A stretch of DNA of 63,819 nt, the filler included, from Pseudovirgaria hyperparasitica (taxonomy: Eukaryota): the NCBI GenBank assembly GCA_010093815.1. It is 6 parts of 6 records of this genome, joined end to end, with 100 filler letters (N's around TTAATTAATTAA, not from the genome) between each part and the next. Parts side by side here need not be neighbours in the genome. Positions count along the whole stretch, not along the records: positions 55,070 to 62,622 come from ML996624.1; positions 62,723 to 63,819 come from ML996634.1; 4 more parts are not named here. The stretch is one strand, 5' to 3'. The notes below the pieces were generated by a model. It saw only the letters and a program-made list of their open reading frames with translations, was not told the origin of the DNA and did not search any database. Shown here in pieces: positions 60,432-63,819 of the stretch (within the stretch, counting starts at the first letter, position 1; each line of letters opens with the position of its first letter). Made by a program: the position numbers and the translations under genes.

Positions 60432-62527
60432 AGTATCTACTCTAGAAAATCTATAATATATTAAGCTAAACGCGGATAGTACTTATATAAGCCGCTATTA
60501 GTATATAATACTAATACTCTAGTATTCTATATAGTCTATAATACTATATAATAATTAGTATAGTTAACGACTCTATTATAGGCGGATATACGGGCTAGAA
60601 CTTTACTTATAACCTAATAGAATATAAAGTAATTCGCTACTATTTCTAGCTTAACTACTAGTAATAGAGTAAGTAGTAGAAATAATAGTAGACTTCTAGA
60701 TAAGCGGACGTTTAGTAGTAGATTATAAATAGATAGATAGACTAGCTATACTACTCTATTACTACTATAGTTAGTAAGGTTTATCTTATCTAAAGATAAA
60801 ATAATAGAGATAATAATAGTATTATCTAGAATAGTAGCGTATATATTCTACTAACTATCTACTATATAGACTTTACTATATACCTAGTTACCTAAACTAG
60901 TAAATTATTATACTAGTTTAAACATAAGCTTACTAGTAAATAGTTAGTATCTAAGGAGGAATTCTACTAATGTAAGCGGATCCCTATACTAGTATTTAAC
61001 TATAGTAGTACTAAATATATTATAGCTACGCTACTAACTTTTATATAGTATCCCTTTAGAGTAGTATAATAACTACTTATATATAATATTAGATTTTAGT
61101 ATAAAAAGATCGGGGGGTATAGTAGAAGTCTATTTAAGGATAGTAGTTAATTTATTATATACTATATTTAAAATACTAAACTAATTTATCTATATTATAA
61201 GGCGCTCTATAAACTTACTATTAAATTAACCGAATCGGGCCTACTAAATTAGTTACTACTATAAATCTAGACTATATATACTTACGTCGGACGGATTATT
61301 ATATCTACTCTAGTCTACTATAATATATATACCGCTCTCTTCTTTAAACATTTTTATTAAATATATAGTACTAGACGCCCTCGTCGCTATAGATATAGTA
61401 TTTCTACTATATATATTAGATTAATATACTAAATTAGTACTATAGCTACTAGTAACACCGTCTATAGATTCTAGATCCGAAATAGAATTAGAGAAAATAG
61501 TAGTATCTTTATATAGGGTAATATTAGTAGTAGAAGTATCTAATTCTATAGGCTTAGACTTCTAATTAATACTTAATAGCTAAATACTAATAGAGCGAAC
61601 TAAAGAGTTTTATTAACTAATATAACTATAAGTACTAAAGCCGCGCCGTAACCTAGTTAATAGTAGTAGCTACGGGCCTAATAGTTATAATAATAATAGT
61701 AATATAGTAAGCCGTGCTTATCTATATAGTTCCGAGTTATAGTACCTATAGATTATATAGTATATACTACTAATCTTTCTACTATAGTATTAGTAGAAGA
61801 CTATAGCCCGTAGTATCTTAAGGTATAGTTACTATAAAGGAAAAATACTATAGTATAATTATTAGTAGATAGTAATAATATAGTATATAGTAGATATTCT
61901 AGGCGTATACTAGAAGAAGTTAGGTATAAGCCCGTTAAAAGCCCGATATATACCTACTAACCCCCGACTTCTACCTAGCTCTTAGCCCCTTAATTTCTAT
62001 ATATACTTACTTAAAATTATTAATAATAATATATAAGTATTATGCGTCTATAAAAATACTATATTAGTCTATACCTAAACCTTTATTATATCTACTAGCT
62101 AGTTATTATTCTATTACCTAATATTATCGCCTAGTAGATTACTAATCTATTACTAATAAAAATATCTACTAATCTCTTATATATCTTCTCTATAGGACCT
62201 CTAATATAGAAGACGGTTAAGGGACTATCTAGCTACTATAGCGGTAATACTAATAGAAGATAATCTAGTAACTATAGTAAACTAAACGGGATAGATAAAT
62301 GAAGATATAATATAACATAGATATATATTAGTATTAATAATAGGGACTTATATAATAGCTATTAATATAAAAAACGTATATATATATACCTAGCTTATCT
62401 TAACGCGTTCGTTTACCTACTAATAATCTAGTAGTCTAGGTATACTAGTAGCGAATATAGTAGTAACGCCCTATATAGCTTAGATATTATAGTAATATTC
62501 TACTATAATAGTAACTAGGGATATAAC

Positions 62528-62622
62528 TGTGAAAAGGGCAGGTATAAATAGATATATAATATTCCTTATATAAGGAATATATATCTAAATAGAGTTATAT
62601 AATAGGATCTAGCCGTAATAGA
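62528..62622. repeat. Partial LTR, family of 15945-16241
   Basis: TGTGAAAAGGGCAGGTAT...TAAATAGAGTTATATAATAGGATCTAG match; cut by the linker. Confidence 0.85.
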
Positions 62623-62722
62623 NNNNNNNNNNNNNNNNNNNNNNNNNNNNNNNNNNNNNNNNNNNNTTAATTAATTAANNNNNNNNNNNNNNNNNNNNNN
62701 NNNNNNNNNNNNNNNNNNNNNN

Positions 62723-63732
62723 TCAGGTATCGCATCCCACGCCTGTATACATGCTATACCTATTGCTTCCTTAACTTTATCGATAGACCCTCCAGCCTTA
62801 TCCACGTCCGAATCACGGGTATAAACACCCTCTTTAGTCGGAAACCATAGGTATTCCTGGGGGTTCAAATCAGGGGAATAAGGAGGCCATTCCATGACTT
62901 CAATACCTATTTCCTGGAGCCATTCCTTGATCCTTTTTGAGGTATGGATAGGAGCATTATCTTGCATGAAGATTAAGCCCTCCTGGTAGTAAGGAAGTAG
63001 AAAATCTTCGAGGGTTGTCTGGTAACTGGCTGCTGAGTATCCACCCTTGGCTGATTCTGAGTCTCTCTCCATAATACACATTTCTGTACGTCCATACATG
63101 CCTGAGAAGCCAGCCCATACCATAATAGAGACGCATTTGCCTGTCTTATAAGTCTCTATCATGGCCTTAACCCATTTCTGCTCTGGTGTTCTGAAAACCC
63201 AGACTGCTTTCTTGCCCTTACCCCTGGCCACAGAGCACTCATCAGACCATATAACTCTTGCCCACTGTTCCATAGTCCAGTCCACGTGTTCGCGTGCCCA
63301 TTTAAGGCGAGTAAGTGCGTGTTCCTTTGTAAGGAAGGGGCGCCTCTTTGCACCCCAGTTGGTAATTCCATTCTCTGAAAATATCCGCTTGATTGTGGAA
63401 TTACTCATGTCTAGCCCAGTAAGACTCCTCAGCTCATTATATGTGCATTGGGGGTTTAGACGCGCAAATAAGAGTAATCGTCTTTTATCTCTAGGTGTAA
63501 ATACCCTAGGACGACCGCTTCTAGGCATTGATTCAGTCATATTAGGGCGTGTGGTTGACTTCTTGATGGTGTCTCTGATTGTAGTATGGGGTATATCCGT
63601 AAAGTCCTTGATTTCTGCAACACTAGCACCACCATGATGGGCCCCCAGGATCATAGAACGAGTGGATATATTAAGATGCTTCTTACGAATAATATTAGGG
63701 CTTATAGAAGCCAGAGGAGTGCGTGGAGCCAT
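62723..63732 (-). CDS. DD34E Tc1-like transposase (partial at the C-terminus)
   Basis: RSGRPR, WSDE, IMVWA, FMQDNAPIH, WPPYSPDLNPQE; 34 residues between the second D and E. Confidence 0.95.
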
Positions 63733-63815
63733 TATAGGACTATTTACAAAACAAGACGCGTGACGCGTGAAATGCATGTTCCGGCGCATCCTCGGGAACT
63801 TATGAACGGTGACTG
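62723..63815 (-). mobile_element. Tc1/mariner-superfamily DNA transposon (Tc1-type), 3' end in the linker
   Basis: The terminus reads TA|CAGTCACCGTTCATAAGTT on the minus strand (TA at 63816-63817), followed by the transposase ORF. Confidence 0.92.
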
Positions 63816-63819
63816 TAAT

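Overview
Repeat-rich genomic window from a filamentous ascomycete. Eurotiales-like is my inference from the short GT-AG introns, the ankyrin/NLR-type genes and CpA-type RIP. The window consists of six contigs joined by artificial 100-nt N44-TTAATTAATTAA-N44 linkers, plus one plain N gap, so adjacency across linkers is unproven. The left half (1-31718) is largely un-RIPped accessory DNA. It holds an intact Ty1/copia LTR retrotransposon (112-bp identical LTRs, half-tRNAiMet PBS, CGCAG TSD) that carries an extra Myb/SANT-like ORF upstream of gag-pol. It also holds a Tad1-like LINE with a 15-bp TSD, a spliced ankyrin-repeat gene, several orphan genes, an NLR relic and a patchwork of dispersed non-coding repeats. 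The stretches 31819-52173 and 55070-62622 are heavily RIP-mutated. They contain two more copies of the LINE, two copia relics, LTR fragments, a zinc-knuckle gene relic and, unexpectedly, a RIP-erased SNF2-family ATPase gene. A Tc1-type DD34E transposon ends the window. The best candidates for something new are the Myb-carrying copia element, the RIPped SNF2 + zinc-knuckle unit, and the LINE whose coding region is bracketed by the same palindrome. All calls were made by eye; no searches were run.
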